Origin: Rhynchobatus australiae
Lineage: Eukaryota
Direction: 5' to 3'
Length of the DNA: 64,000 nt
Assembly: GCA_034780895.1 (NCBI GenBank)
Contig: JAUZTB010000117.1
Location: 7,480,770 to 7,544,769, forward strand
Shown: piece by piece, positions 50,781 through 63,333 of the stretch
Layout of the letters: each line of letters starts with the position of its first letter
Numbering within the stretch: position 1 is the first letter of the stretch
Notes under the pieces: generated by a model
Seen by the model: only the letters and a program-made list of their open reading frames with translations
What the model was told of the DNA's origin: nothing
Database searches by the model: none
Position numbers and translations under genes: made by a program

Positions 50781-53599
50781 TTTTTTGATTTACTAATAGT
50801 AATAGATGTACAATGAAAAAGTACTAGAGGTAAAGTACTTGGCCAGAAACAAAATAAACCACATTGAGTTTTTAATGTTAGGATCAGACAAAGAGATTTA
50901 ACACTGAAATTTTCTTTAAATATTCAAAAAGGCGATATGTGGAGGAGGTGAGGATCATGTACTCCAGAAAGTCTGAATGTGCTTTGAGCTTGAAAAAGTT
51001 GGGAAACATTGGAAAAAAGGAAATGAGGACAAAGTGGTAAAAGGTAATTTGCAGGACCTTCTTATGGACTATGAACACCTGCTTCAACAGATGACCCAAA
51101 TGGTCCATTGTGTGGGAAAGTTGTTATTTAATTCTTTAGAAGAGACCTTTAAACACCGGATAAAAGAAAATCTGAAAACCCCATGAACCAATTTGTTAGG
51201 ACTGCAAACAACAGTCACATTTATTGAATCAATTGTAAGTCATTCTACAATAGTAGATTTGTGTTTCTCATAGTGACAAACTTCATGTTTCCATCTCACC
51301 AAGCAGTTCAATGTAATTTTTAAGATCAGATTTAAAAGGATTTTTTTAAATGAGTGCTCTTTAAAAACCTGTTCTAAATTTGCCCCTATATCTACTGTCA
51401 TTAGCAAACATCCATGTGTTTTAATGAAAAGTAATGATGTAAATGCCTTTTGTCCTGCTTTTTAGCCAGCTACCAGAGAAAAAGATCCTGTTTCTTAATT
51501 GTCAAAGGCCTACAAATCAGGTGGTGGTGGACAAAGGCTCATAATAAAACTGGGTCCTTTGTCTGCTGTCAGACCATTTTAAAATAGAAGCATGTTGTCT
51601 TTTCACATCAGTTCATGCTTCACAAAACCTTTGAATCTGGCATATTTCTCACAGATGTTTGCTTGCTTATTTTCCTTTAAAGCAATGGCCTCAAATTCAG
51701 CCATCCCCCACCTTAACACAACTGACAGGAGGAATGTGCAGGGAGAGGCTGAATTACTCTCAAATACAAAGAACTGAGGGGTGAAATTACCTCACCTGAA
51801 AACAATGGGTCAGTGGAGAACTCTGTCATTTACCCTGTACTGGCAACAAAAGACCCAATCTATATTTGAGCTTTATGGGTTAACCCTGTCTGGAACCTAT
51901 GGTCCAGAACTGGCCAATTTGTGTATTAGAAACGGCCTGTTATTTAGACAACTAATCTTTACAAACTCTTAGGATTTACAGCATAGAAAAAAATGACCTC
52001 TTAATAGTGCTGAGAGGAACGGAAATGGGTAATGTTCTATGGCCTTGCGATCAAAGCCTTGTGAGTATTATCCTTGGATATTAGACAATAGGCTACTGTT
52101 GCTCAACTGGATTTCCACCCTTACTCCTCTGAAATAATAGGGATTAAAAAAAACTTACAAGGCATGAGCTGGCAAACAGATTTTCAGACTTTACTCTAAT
52201 CTGGCCATTGTCGGGAGGGGCTGGTGTCCAAATCACTGGCACAAATCTCAATTTCTTATATCCAAAGAATATCATTAGATTTCTTTAATGTTACATCCTG
52301 ATGTAGTGTAAAGCAAAGTACTTAACAGCCTGTTGAGTGTTTTAAGTGTAATGAAGGAATTTCACCATACAATTTAATCAGGAAAGTCCCAAAACAGCAA
52401 AGTGATGAGGTAAATCTATTTCCAGTAGGGATCCAGTTTTCCTGGGCTGGGGGCAGGGGGGTGTGAGGGTGGAGAAAGGAAAAAAAAACACTGCTTTTTC
52501 CTTCTTCTCCCAGAATGGACTACTTCTGTGCCATAATGACTTTATGACTGAGCAGTGCCTTGGAATTTTCTGCACTCCCCAAGTGGCCACAGATTAACCT
52601 CTCATCCAAAAGACAACATCTCCGGCAGTACAGAATTCACCCAAGACTGCACTGGAATGTCAGTTTGGATGACTGTGTTCAAATCCCTGGAGTCTTTGCA
52701 CTTAGTCATCAACAGTAAAACTTGATGTCAGCACCACACTCAACTGTCTGGAGGCCAAGACCCTTGTTGGTGAAAAAAAACTCTTGCTTTTCACTTTCAA
52801 AGGGAACAAAACGCTGGGGACAAAAAATATGGTATAAAAGAGCCATCAATTCTGCCTGTAATTGCACAGAAACTTACTGCCCTGCTTCTAACTTCCGATA
52901 GCCACTGAACCTTCATCTATCAAACAACAAATAGTGTGCAAAGCTATAATTGATTTTCTTTTTATTCTCAAGCAAGGTACTCTACCTCTCAACCTCTCAA
53001 CATAAATATGGCAGTTTCTACATTCCCAGGTGTCTGGGCAATTATTCAAGACTTAATGTTCATACAACAAAAAGAATAAATGTTCTGCAGCAGAAAACAT
53101 ACCAGGAACGCTGAAGCAAGTCATCTACTCGTCCACAGGTGTGTGGTCTGAAGCAAATGGAAGGGGGGGACATTCCACGTGAAGAGCTAGAGATTCTGCA
53201 CTCATTACTTGACCCGCCTGTCATTAAGTTAACTGAACAAGGAAATAATTAGCTTTTTAAAGAAAGGTACACAAATAATTCCTTAAAGTACTAGCATCTG
53301 CAAAAGTCGCTGCAGATGTTATAAATATTTTAAACACTTCTTCTTTTATATTGGTAGATCGATTCTTAGGAGATCAGTTGTCTGCATCTTTTCACTCTAA
53401 TTAACGCACACACACACACACAAACAGTTTAACCTTTAGCTTCATTTATGAGTACTGGTTCAGTGTCCCAATGGTAGCGATACAGGATGCAGGGATTTGT
53501 CCTTGCACGGCTACCAGCCATGGCTTAAGGGGCAGAACACTTGACTAGTTGTGGCTCACGTGCCATCCCAGAATTATCTATCCCAGAGGACTGAGGAGG

Positions 53600-54020
53600 C
53601 GAGATCACAGGAGGTATTCAAAGAGGAAGTAGATACATTTCTAAATCATCAGGAAACTGAGGGCCTTGGGAACTAGCACAGAAGAGGAGATGCTTGAGGC
53701 AGATCAGCCATGACCATACTGAATGATGGGGCAAACTTGAGGGGTCAAGCTCTTATTTTCAAAGGAACTGCTATATTGTTGAGGCCCCATCTGCCCTAAC
53801 AGGTGGAAATATTAGCACTATTTCAAAGCAGCTGAGTTTAGGTCAGTGTTTATTCCTCAACCAGTCTATATACAAACAGATGATTGATTATTGCTGTGCA
53901 CAGCTAGCTGGAGTATTTCCTACATTTCAACAGTAACCACATTTTCAAGTATTTCATTGGTTGCGAAGGGTTTTGTGATGTTCTAAGGATACAAAAGATG
54001 ATATACAATTGAGCCTTTAA
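53600..54020 (+). mobile_element. CR1 tail (53600-53760) followed by decayed Deu-SINE (53765-54020)
   Basis: 'agatcagccatgaccatactgaatg' then 'gaggccccatctgccctaacaggtgg'. Confidence 0.6.
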
Positions 54021-56420
54021 TTTTTAAGTGCTTCCTAACCCCTACAATGTACAAAATCACAAGACACAACTATAGTGACAACTTTGTAATTTTTGTTACT
54101 CCCAGAGTAACACAGGAGACTTGCCACCAATATAACCACTTGTTCTCTGTTAACTGTTCATAGAGAAACCAATTATTTTGGCACCCCAGGGCTAGTAGAG
54201 AGTTGGACCCCTTCTTAGCTTCGTGAAAAGTAGACTGCTCTTGTAAAATGCAGACAACTAACCAACTTTAATGGATTCATTAAAATTTACAACAACTTGC
54301 ACCTTTAATATAGTAAAACGTTCCACTTTGCTTCAGAGAAGCAATTACCAGGCAAATGCTACTATAAGCTACATAAGAATATAGGATCTATAATCAAAAG
54401 CTTGGTGAGAGGTGGGTTTTTACAAAGCTTTAGCATCACTTGAGAAATTTACATGAAGAAGGATTAAACATGTATGTGAGGTAGGCTTGCATTCTACTGC
54501 AGTTACCTCTGCACCACATGAAGAAATCCTGTTGCTCAAAAGGTACAGGGGTTGAAGGTTAAGCCACATGCAATGCCTTCCCACCACCTTTGCTACTTAC
54601 TTTCTGCAGCACAGACTGGAGACCAAACCAAGAAGGCAGAACATCTATAGAATTGAAAATTACTCACCATTTGAGAGTCTCTTGAGTATCACTTACTGCT
54701 ACTCACTGCCATCCTACCTTTTAACCTTGTAGGTGCAGTGATGTTTGCCTGTATAATTATGAATAATATCTTAGTTTATTTCAAGCTATTGAGTAGAAGG
54801 GACTTTATTGGGCAGCTGCATCCACTGTTCTTTGTTGAACAAATCAAATTAATCATGTTTCAAACAGAGCTGATTGTTGCTCACTACCTTAAACCTGGAC
54901 ACATGCAAAATCTCTGACCAGGAAGAAAAGTGGCTGTGTACACTCAGACTAGAAAAGAGGAAAATGAGCAATTAGTTCCATACCGTGGAGGCCCTAAATC
55001 TAAACATCCCCAACTCAAGTTCTGATAGCCACTTAACTACTTCAAACTCAAACAAACAGATTAATTGAAAAGACAATGATATTCTCTTTCTGAACAAATT
55101 GCTCCACTCAGTGGTCACGAATTAAGCAGAATAAAATAAATGTGGGTACAATTTAATTCAGTCAATTTTTATTAGAAGTTCCTTAGGTCAAGGGTGATGC
55201 AATACTAAATTAAAACTTTCAAGAGAGTCCTATCGAATCTATGTTTTGTTATATTTAACCCTGGGGATAGGAATTCTTATTACAGGCAGATACAGTTTAC
55301 TAAAAGCGGAAAGCTACAAACTCATGATTGGCACTTGAAGAATATAAACCTACACATTTCTGCAACAAACCTTTCAGCCAAAGTTAATGAACTAACCCTA
55401 TGACCAAAGCCCCAAGTACAAAGAGTACAGTCCTTTATCTTAAGCTGTGTCATGTTTAAGCAGCAATAGATTCAGACTGCTTAATCAGAATCCTGACTGC
55501 TACAGGAAATGATCCAACCAGACTTGTAATCGCATTATTTGAATCTATAGGCAAGTACTGGGTGAGCAGAAGCAGCATTTCAAACTGCCAGCTCACCTCT
55601 TTCCCTTCAAAATAACATCTTTAATCAAGTACAATTGCCTGTGATATTTGACCATGCGGAAATGGCCACTGGAAGTCAAGATTTCAAATCATTAGTCTGC
55701 TCCATTTGGACAATCAACTGAGTAAAACATCCTACGGTATTTCACAGCAGCAGCATCAGACTTGGGCAGTGAGCCACATAAACAGGTATTGAGGAGGAGA
55801 CAAAAGAGCCTTCGTACAATCAACCCTTAGCTTCTGTACCATCTACCGCCAGGTCTAAAATTCAAATCCCCTTCCTGAACTCCCTAACCTCTGTTTCTGT
55901 GGTATTCTTTAAACCCTATCTTTGTCTTAATATCTCTATTTGCAACCTGAAATAAATGCAAACAGTTACTGGTGCCAAAGCAAGTTTTGTCACTATTATA
56001 CCAATGGTCCATCACTGAAATCAGGCCAGAAGATAGCTGAAGTAACCATACAGAGAAACAAATGGTGTTCCATTAACACCACAGATTAAAGGAGGCAATT
56101 TGTCTTCGCTTACTGCTGTGATACCAGCTGCTTCAACAATGGGTTTTTTTGAGGTGTTTAATCACTGCAGGAATCTTTGCTGTGCCAGGAGCAAAAAAGT
56201 CCTTGAATAATTCTATGTTTCTTCCTCTCATTAACCTCAACTTACTCATTTGAAGTGTTTATTCAGTACTTAAGATATTACGCATAAACCGGTCTCAATG
56301 AAACTAGTCATGCTAAACCAGAAGAAGACTCACAGCACAAAGCTTATATTTACCTGCACTGATTTTAAAAATCACTCATCCCAGCACTCAGCTCTCTCAG
56401 AGACAGCGCAAGTGTGTAAT

Positions 56421-56448
<28 letters not shown>
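56421..56448. repeat. (AC)14 microsatellite
   Basis: Direct reading; shorter (CA)n runs occur at about 23726-23740 and 53407-53422. Confidence 0.95.
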
Positions 56449-56451
<3 letters not shown>

Positions 56452-56969
56452 GAAGAGAAGCCTGGGCAAGTTGGAACCTGAAAAACATTCTTGCAGATGT
56501 AACAACTGTTTAAAAAATATTCTTTTTACCAGCCCTCCTTCACCTGATATGCTGAGGTGCATCTGTCATTCTTAGTAACTAACCCTTACAGGAGACGACT
56601 TCCCCAATCACCATTCAGTAAAGGCCAATTTATTCACAAACATTGCTTTTCCATAATAAATAAAATTTGCCAATTAGGGGATACTTTATGAAAACTAGTA
56701 ATCCCTCAAATCCTCTGGTTGTATCTTCCCAAAGGTGATCTGAAACTAGCCAAATTAATCCATTTCTTATCAATGTTATCACCTTGACTCTCACCCTGCC
56801 CTCAAATTCACCTGTACCATTTCTGATCCAGAATCCATCTCCTTTCTGACATATTCCAGGCTTGATGCAGATTCCAGCATCTACAGTCCTTTGTTTCTCC
56901 AAGCTTGATCTAGTCATCTTATGCCTGCTAAACTATTCCTTGCAGTAACAAAATCACAATGTCTTCCAC

Positions 56970-57400
56970 TTGTCATGGACTGCCCAATACATCACAGGCA
57001 CATCCCTCCCCACCACTAGTATCTACAGGAGGCGCTGCCTCAGGAAAGCAATGTCCAAAGATCCCCACCATCTGGGCCATGTCATCTTCTCGCAGCTACC
57101 ATCAGGTAGGGGATACAGAAGCCTGAAGTCCCACACCACAGGGATCAAGAACAGCCACTTCCCATCTTGAACCAACTGGCACAACCCTAATAACCACAGT
57201 TTAACAATACTATGACCGCTTTACACAAAAATGGACTTTTCATTCTACTTTTGTTCTTTCTTGAAAAAAAAGTGTATAATTTATGATTAACTTGTTCTCT
57301 TGTGAATGCTGCTTATCTGATGTTGTGGTGCTGCTCCAAATAAGTTTTTCATTGCACTTGTGCACACGTACTTGTGCATCTGACAATAAACTCCACTTTA
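56970..57400 (+). mobile_element. Rex1 LINE 3' fragment (tail type A)
   Basis: AQYITGTSLP..IYRRRCLRKA..KDPHHLGHVIFSQLPSGRGYRSL; ends 'tgacaataaactc'. Confidence 0.88.
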
Positions 57401-57924
57401 AAAAATTAAATGGCTAAGATCATCAACCAACTCAGATGAAAATATTTCTATTATCCTGTCAAGGCATTCAGTGTCCAAGTACATCTAAATAAACCTGCCT
57501 CTACTATGTTTTGCAAAGGGTTTGACTGATATCTTTGAGGCAATCGTATCTCAGCACAATTATAATAAAACAATTGAAGGGCAGTAAGCATTGTCTATTT
57601 GATTATCGAATTGTGGAATGGGGGTGGGGGGAGAGGGTCGAGGAGTGCAATTCAGGGTAGTGTTTATTTTCAGTGAGTTCTTTATGATGATTCTTAAGGA
57701 AAGGTGATAATTGCCACCTACTAATGAACTGAGACCCCAACTGTCCTGTGTCATGAACTACCACATCTAAATCTTCAGAAGTCCAAGAACTCTCAAAGCT
57801 TAATGCTACATTGAAACCACATTAGCCAAGATTGGTTAAATAAGTAGAAACTTAATTATAACCAGTTCTCTGATTGCATTTGTCTCAGTATTACATCACA
57901 CAATTCATTTACCCACCAACACTA

Positions 57925-58950
57925 ATACACCTCTGTACCTCCCTCTGCAACAGGGCTCCTTGACTTCCTTATAAGGAGACCACAGTCAGTGCAGATCAGA
58001 AATAACATCTCCTCCTCACTGACAATCAACACACGCACATCTCAAGGATCTGTGCTTAGACCACTGCTCTGCTCTCTCTATGCTCATGACTGTGCGGCTA
58101 GGTGCAGCTCAAATGCCATCTGTAAATTCACCAATGACACCGCTGTTGTTGGCAGAATCTCAGATGGTGATGAGGAGGCATACAAGAGTGAGACAGATCG
58201 GCTGGTTGAGTGGTGTCGCAAAAACAACCTCGCACTCAGCATCAGCAAGACCAAGGAATTGATTGTGGACTTCAGGAAGGGGTGGTCGGGAGAACACACA
58301 CCAGTCTTCATTGAGAGGTCAGCAGTGAAAACGGTGAGCAGCTTCAAGTTCCTGGTCACCAACATCTCAGAGGATCTATCTTGGGCCCAACACATTGATG
58401 CAGTCATGAGGAAGGCATTCCAGCAGCTCTACTTCGTTGGAGTTTAAGGAGATTTGGTTTGTCACCAAACACTCTTTCAAATTTCTAGATGTACAGTGGA
58501 GAGCATTCTGACTGGTTGTATCACCGCCTGATATGGAGGCTCCAATGTGCAGGGTCGAAAGGCTGCAGAGGGTTGTAGACTAAGCCAGCTCCATCATAGG
58601 CACAACCCTCCCCACCATCAAGGACATCTTCAAGAGGCGGTGCCTCAAGAAAGCGGCATCCATCATTAAGGACCTTCACCATCCGGGACATGCCCTCTTC
58701 TCATTACTACCATTGGGGAGGAGGTACAGGAGCCTGAAGACCCACACCCAACATTTCAGGAACAGCTTCTTCCCCTCCACTATTCGATTTCTGAATGGTC
58801 CATGAACTCATGAAAACTACCTGAGTTTACATCTTTTGCACTTTTTATTTACTTTTGTAACTTATAGTCATTTTTACATCCTGCACTGTACTGCTACCGC
58901 AAAACAACAAATTTCACGACATACGTCAGTGATAATAAACCTGATTCTGA
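57925..58950 (+). mobile_element. Rex1/Babar LINE, 5'-truncated about 1 kb, defective RT C-terminal half (tail type B)
   Basis: SQGSVLRPLLCSLYAHDC..KFTNDTAVVGRI..WCRKNNLAL..KTKELIVDFRK; catalytic FADD is mutated to FTND, with downstream frameshifts. Confidence 0.93.
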
Positions 58951-59964
58951 AATAAAACAAAAATCAAGAGAAAAACGAAAGATCCTACATTTCCCTATTG
59001 CCTTCCTGGAACTTTAAGACAGCATTCATATATATTAAAGTATCATCACAAGGCATTGTTTGATGACAATGCACTATTCATTGCCACTTACCCAACAAGG
59101 ACCTGAAGCTTGTTACTTTGGTCATTATGGCCTCAGTTAATGAACGTAACCAAAGATAACGTAACATCATGACTACTCTATATTCAAACTGACAGCCTGG
59201 ATTGGGTGAGAATCAAAAATGGGGCAAATCTTGGGTGTATGAATAGCCCAGGTCAAGCTTACTTTTGTGCCAGAGTTACAGCACTAAATATTGCCAATTT
59301 CTTCATTCCATAAATCACAGTATACAGGGTGATATCAGATGTTAATCCAGCAACAAAATTTATTTTACTGTTGCATAGTATGAAAAAAGGTTCTATATAA
59401 TCACTGAACAACAGCATACTTTGAAACTATTCTAATGCATGCCAGGGAACCAAATGAACAGCAAAATTTTGGTAACTGACCCANNNNNNNNNNNNNNNNN
59501 NNNNNNNNNNNNNNNNNNNNNNNNNNNNNNNNNNNNNNNNNNNNNNNNNNNNNNNNNNNNNNNNNNNNNNNNNNNNNNNNNNNAGGAACAAGAGGGGCAA
59601 TACAGAGGCTATTCTGAACTAGTTTTCAAGGGGAATGGATAAAATATTTGGGGAAATAGTGAACAATTTGAAGCATTATGCAGAATCAGCAGGCAAGTCC
59701 ATTGTATAGCTCCCTGCCGGGCATGACAGAACTAATGGATTCTTTGTGGGACATGTTGTTTCTGAGAGGTAATGTGTGCTTGACAACCTGTTCAGCAGTT
59801 CCTGGCTTTGAACAACCTCAAATTTAAAATTCTCTTTTTTTTTCAGATCTCAATCCCATGGACTCACCTTTCCCTCTTGCTGTAATTTTTCCCATCCTTG
59901 GTCTCAACACCTTCCCCCGCCCATCAATCTCCTGAACATCACTAATTTTAGTTGTCACATAATC

Positions 59965-60175
59965 AGTAGAACATAGAAAAACTACAGCACAAATTCAGGC
60001 CCTTCGGCCCACAAAGCTGTGCCAAACATGTCCCTACTCGAGAAATTACTAGGCTTACCCATAGCCTTCCATTTTTTGCAGCTCCATGTACCTATCCAAC
60101 AGTCTCTTAAAAGACCCTATCGTATCTGCCTCCATCACCTTTGCCGGCAGCTCATTCCACACACCCACCACTTAC
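59965..60175 (-). mobile_element. young CR1 3' tail
   Basis: 'agaacatagaaaaactacagcacaaattcaggcccttcggcccacaaagctgtgcc'. Confidence 0.8.
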
Positions 60176-60854
60176 CCCCTGGCATCTCCTCTATATCTAC
60201 TCCCCAGTAGATATGCCTTCAATTGCTTTGGCCCCAAATCTGCTCAGCCGCACACCCAACTTTAAGATGCACCTTAGGACCTACCTCTGACCAAGTTCTG
60301 CCAAAACCTTCCCATACATCTGTCAGTGCATCAGCATCTCCTACACGATTTAAGGTACTACGAATGCAAGGCATGGATTATAGATTGTGAATTGGGGAAT
60401 CCAAGGGTGGTGCTGGTCCCTTAAAACGAGAGAACAAAAATATCATCCACAACAGTGGTAAATGTTGCTTTTAGGAACAGTTAGCCACTTATGCAGAAGC
60501 AGTGTATTTTTAACTGTTGTCATTGTCCAGCTAATTATGACACACAGAAATGAGAAAAATCTGTGCTTGTGTCTGAGAAGAAAGCCATTCAAATGTGGAT
60601 CACAATGGGATTAGTATAGAGGGGTAGCTGATGACCAGATGGACAGAGAGAGCTGAAGAGGACCTATTCCATGCTGCATGACTATTATTTGCTCAGACAA
60701 TGATAAATAACACTGACAGATAGCCTCAAACTGTCGAACAACTGTACCTGAAGTAAAATACTAATTGTATTTAACCTATTTTTACAAAAGATCTTATTCC
60801 CCTCATTCCAAGTTACCAATTATCTGAGTGTGGATAAAGTGAAACTCTAATTAG

Positions 60855-61141
60855 ATAAGATAAATAAGATTTTTTTATGAGTCACATGTTCATGGAAACA
60901 CATATCTTTCTTTGCGTAGAGTATTCTGGGGGAAGCCCGCACGTGTTGCCACACTTCCAGCGCCCACAACTTCCTAACCTGTACATCTTTGGAATGTGGG
61001 AGGAAACCAGAGTACCCAGAGGAAACCCACGCAGACACACGGGGAGAATGTACAAACTCCTTACAAACAGTAGCTGGAATTGAACCCGGGTCGCTGGCGC
61101 TGTAATAGCATTATGCTAACTGCAACACTACCATGCCTGCC
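60855..61141 (-). mobile_element. full-length V-SINE with Rex1-type tail
   Basis: Colinear with 46505-46795; B box GGTTCAATTCC; tail ends in (tctta)n-like repeats. Confidence 0.9.
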
Positions 61142-62167
61142 TGTAATTGCTTGTTAAAGCAACTATAGTAGCTCATGTTTCTACCCGAACTGGCCATTTT
61201 CTTTTTGGATGGACCCATTTCACTCTGGCTCCTGCTCCGTTACTTACACTGAACAGCAAATAGGTGAGCTAAAAGAAATCTAGCATGCAGAGAAAATAGC
61301 AGACCTATGAATACTGTGGAAGGAAATTCCTGTGTTTTAAAGGAGTGCAAGTTCCAGTTTCAAAGACCCACTCTCAGATGTGAAGCCAAAACAAAAGAGC
61401 TACAGAGACTAAAATTTTAAGTGTCCCATCTATTTAAAAGACTTCTTTCTCTGGCTTCAGCCTAGTCATTCATCCTGCAGGGGATTATTTACACGACTCA
61501 ATATTTCCATTTCCACTGTTTATGCAATAAGGAACCAAGGACTGTGCTTTGCACATGAACAATAACTGCTGCCCTTGGTAATAAAATTATTTGCACAACT
61601 GACTCATGACTGTTTTAAATAGCTGTATGCTTCTCTAAACATTCATACATTGTACAATGCACGTAACCAAGTCTGCTACCTGCAAGCATGCAGCTGGTTC
61701 TATTAGATTAATGTGTCTTTGAATTGTGCATAGTTAAGCAGCAATTGCTGCAGGAAATATGTGGATCACAATTTCACAGCCAGTCTGCCAACCTTGTTAT
61801 CAAGAGATGCTCGACTCAGACTTAAAACAAAACAAACAGGTATTGACCCTCATGAATAAAGTCTCAGAAGTTACTCCAACTTCCAGGACTCTCTGAATGA
61901 ATAGATTTCTCTGTGGTTAAACTGGTGTCCGGTTTCAATCTGAGTCTGAGCTGAACTGGAATAGGAGCACTGCATTTGATCGCAACTACTCTTGGATATT
62001 ATCAGTGTGGGGGAAGTGAGTTNNNNNNNNNNNNNNNNNNNNNNNNNNNNNNNNNNNNNNNNNNNNNNNNNNNNNNNNNNNNNNNNNNNNNNNNNNNNNN
62101 NNNNNNNNNNNNNNNNNNNNNNNNNNNNNNNNNNNNNNNNNNNNNNNNNNNNNNNNNNNNNNNNNNN

Positions 62168-62500
62168 AAAATTATGAGAAGTAAAGACGGGGTAGATAGC
62201 CAGTCTGTTTCCCATGACAGTGGTGTCTAAAACTCAGAGGCATAAGTTTAAGGTGAGACCAAAGAGGTTTAAAGGGGATCTAAATGGTAAATATTTCACA
62301 GAACGTGTAATTGGTATCTGGAATGAGCTGCCAAAGCAGGAGGTGGAGGCAAGAACAGTAACAATGTCTAAGAGGCAACTGAACAAAACAGAGGAATATG
62401 GAATTAACGCAGGCAAAAGGGATTAGTATAGATAGGCATGATGATCAGCATAGATGCGGTGGGCCAAAGTTGCCTGTTTCTATGCTGTACAACTCTATGA
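62168..62500 (+). mobile_element. CR1 LINE 3' end
   Basis: SKTQRHKFKVR..RFKGDL.GKYFTERVIGIWNELP; tail 'cctgtttctatgctgtacaactctatgac'. Confidence 0.88.
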
Positions 62501-63203
62501 CTTGAAATATTAACTCTGCTTCTAGTTCCATGGACACTGCCCAACTTGCTGTGCTCACAGCGTTTTCTGTTTATAATTATACTAAATGATAATGCCAAGC
62601 GTGAGATACGGGGGTGAGGGAGGAAAGAGAAAGTAAATTGCAACTACACAGAAAATTCTCCAACATGAACTATAAACCCAAGTTTACAAGAGCACAGAAA
62701 TGAAATGAACTTCCAATCGTTTCTCAGTCAAAACAGCACAGAAAGAAGGCCATTTGGCCCACTGCATCTGCACTGGCCATCATTAGGTTGCTTCCACTTC
62801 CCAACCCTTGGATCACATGTAGCCTCCCAGATTACAGCCATCAACTGCTCATCCTGGTACATGTATGGCAAGTGTAACAGTTACAAATTTCTCAAGCCCA
62901 ATGACACAAAAACATTCATTCCGATCAATCAGAACACCTACCTTTCACTTCCATAACATTGTCTCTGTTCCTGCCTCAACTGATTTGCTGAAGTCTTCAT
63001 CCATAGCTTTGTTACCCTTTAACTTGACAGTTCCAACACTTTCCTGGTCAACACTCCATCACACACTCTGCATACACTTAAAATTCAAAATTCCACATAC
63101 ATATTCTACGACACCAACCCACCAAGCTTGTGCTAATTACCCGCCTTCAGATAGAGTAAATAAGAAGAAAGTTTCCCAAGGTAGACCAGAGGGCACAGAT
63201 TTC

Positions 63204-63241
63204 CAGTTCTGATGAAGGGTCTCAACCCGAAACGTAGCCTG
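63204..63241 (+). ncRNA. minimal type I hammerhead ribozyme motif with intact core
   Basis: CAGUU-CUGAUGA-A-GGGU-CUCA-ACCC-GAAA-CG-UA^-GCCUG: complete core, 4-bp stem II, palindromic ACGU stem III, GUA cleavage triplet, stem I with one mismatch. Confidence 0.7.
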
Positions 63242-63333
63242 TCCATTTCCTTCCACAGATGCTGCCTGACCCGCTGAGTTCCAACAGCAGTTTCTTTGGC
63301 TCCAGATTCCAGCATCTACAGTCTCTTGTTTCC
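63204..63333 (+). mobile_element. Penelope-like terminus
   Basis: 'cacagatgctgcctgacccgctgagttcc...ctccagattccagcatctacagtctcttgt' is the reverse complement of 39085-39215. Confidence 0.85.

Noticed and set aside
51785-51815. Minus-strand ttgttttcag|GTGAGG possible recursive splice site
   Set aside because: Short pyrimidine tract; a few such motifs are expected per 64 kb; no supporting evidence.
57989-58447. 152-aa RT-like ORF as a functional gene
   Set aside because: Rex1 relic: 5'-truncated, catalytic FADD mutated to FTND, and frameshifted downstream.
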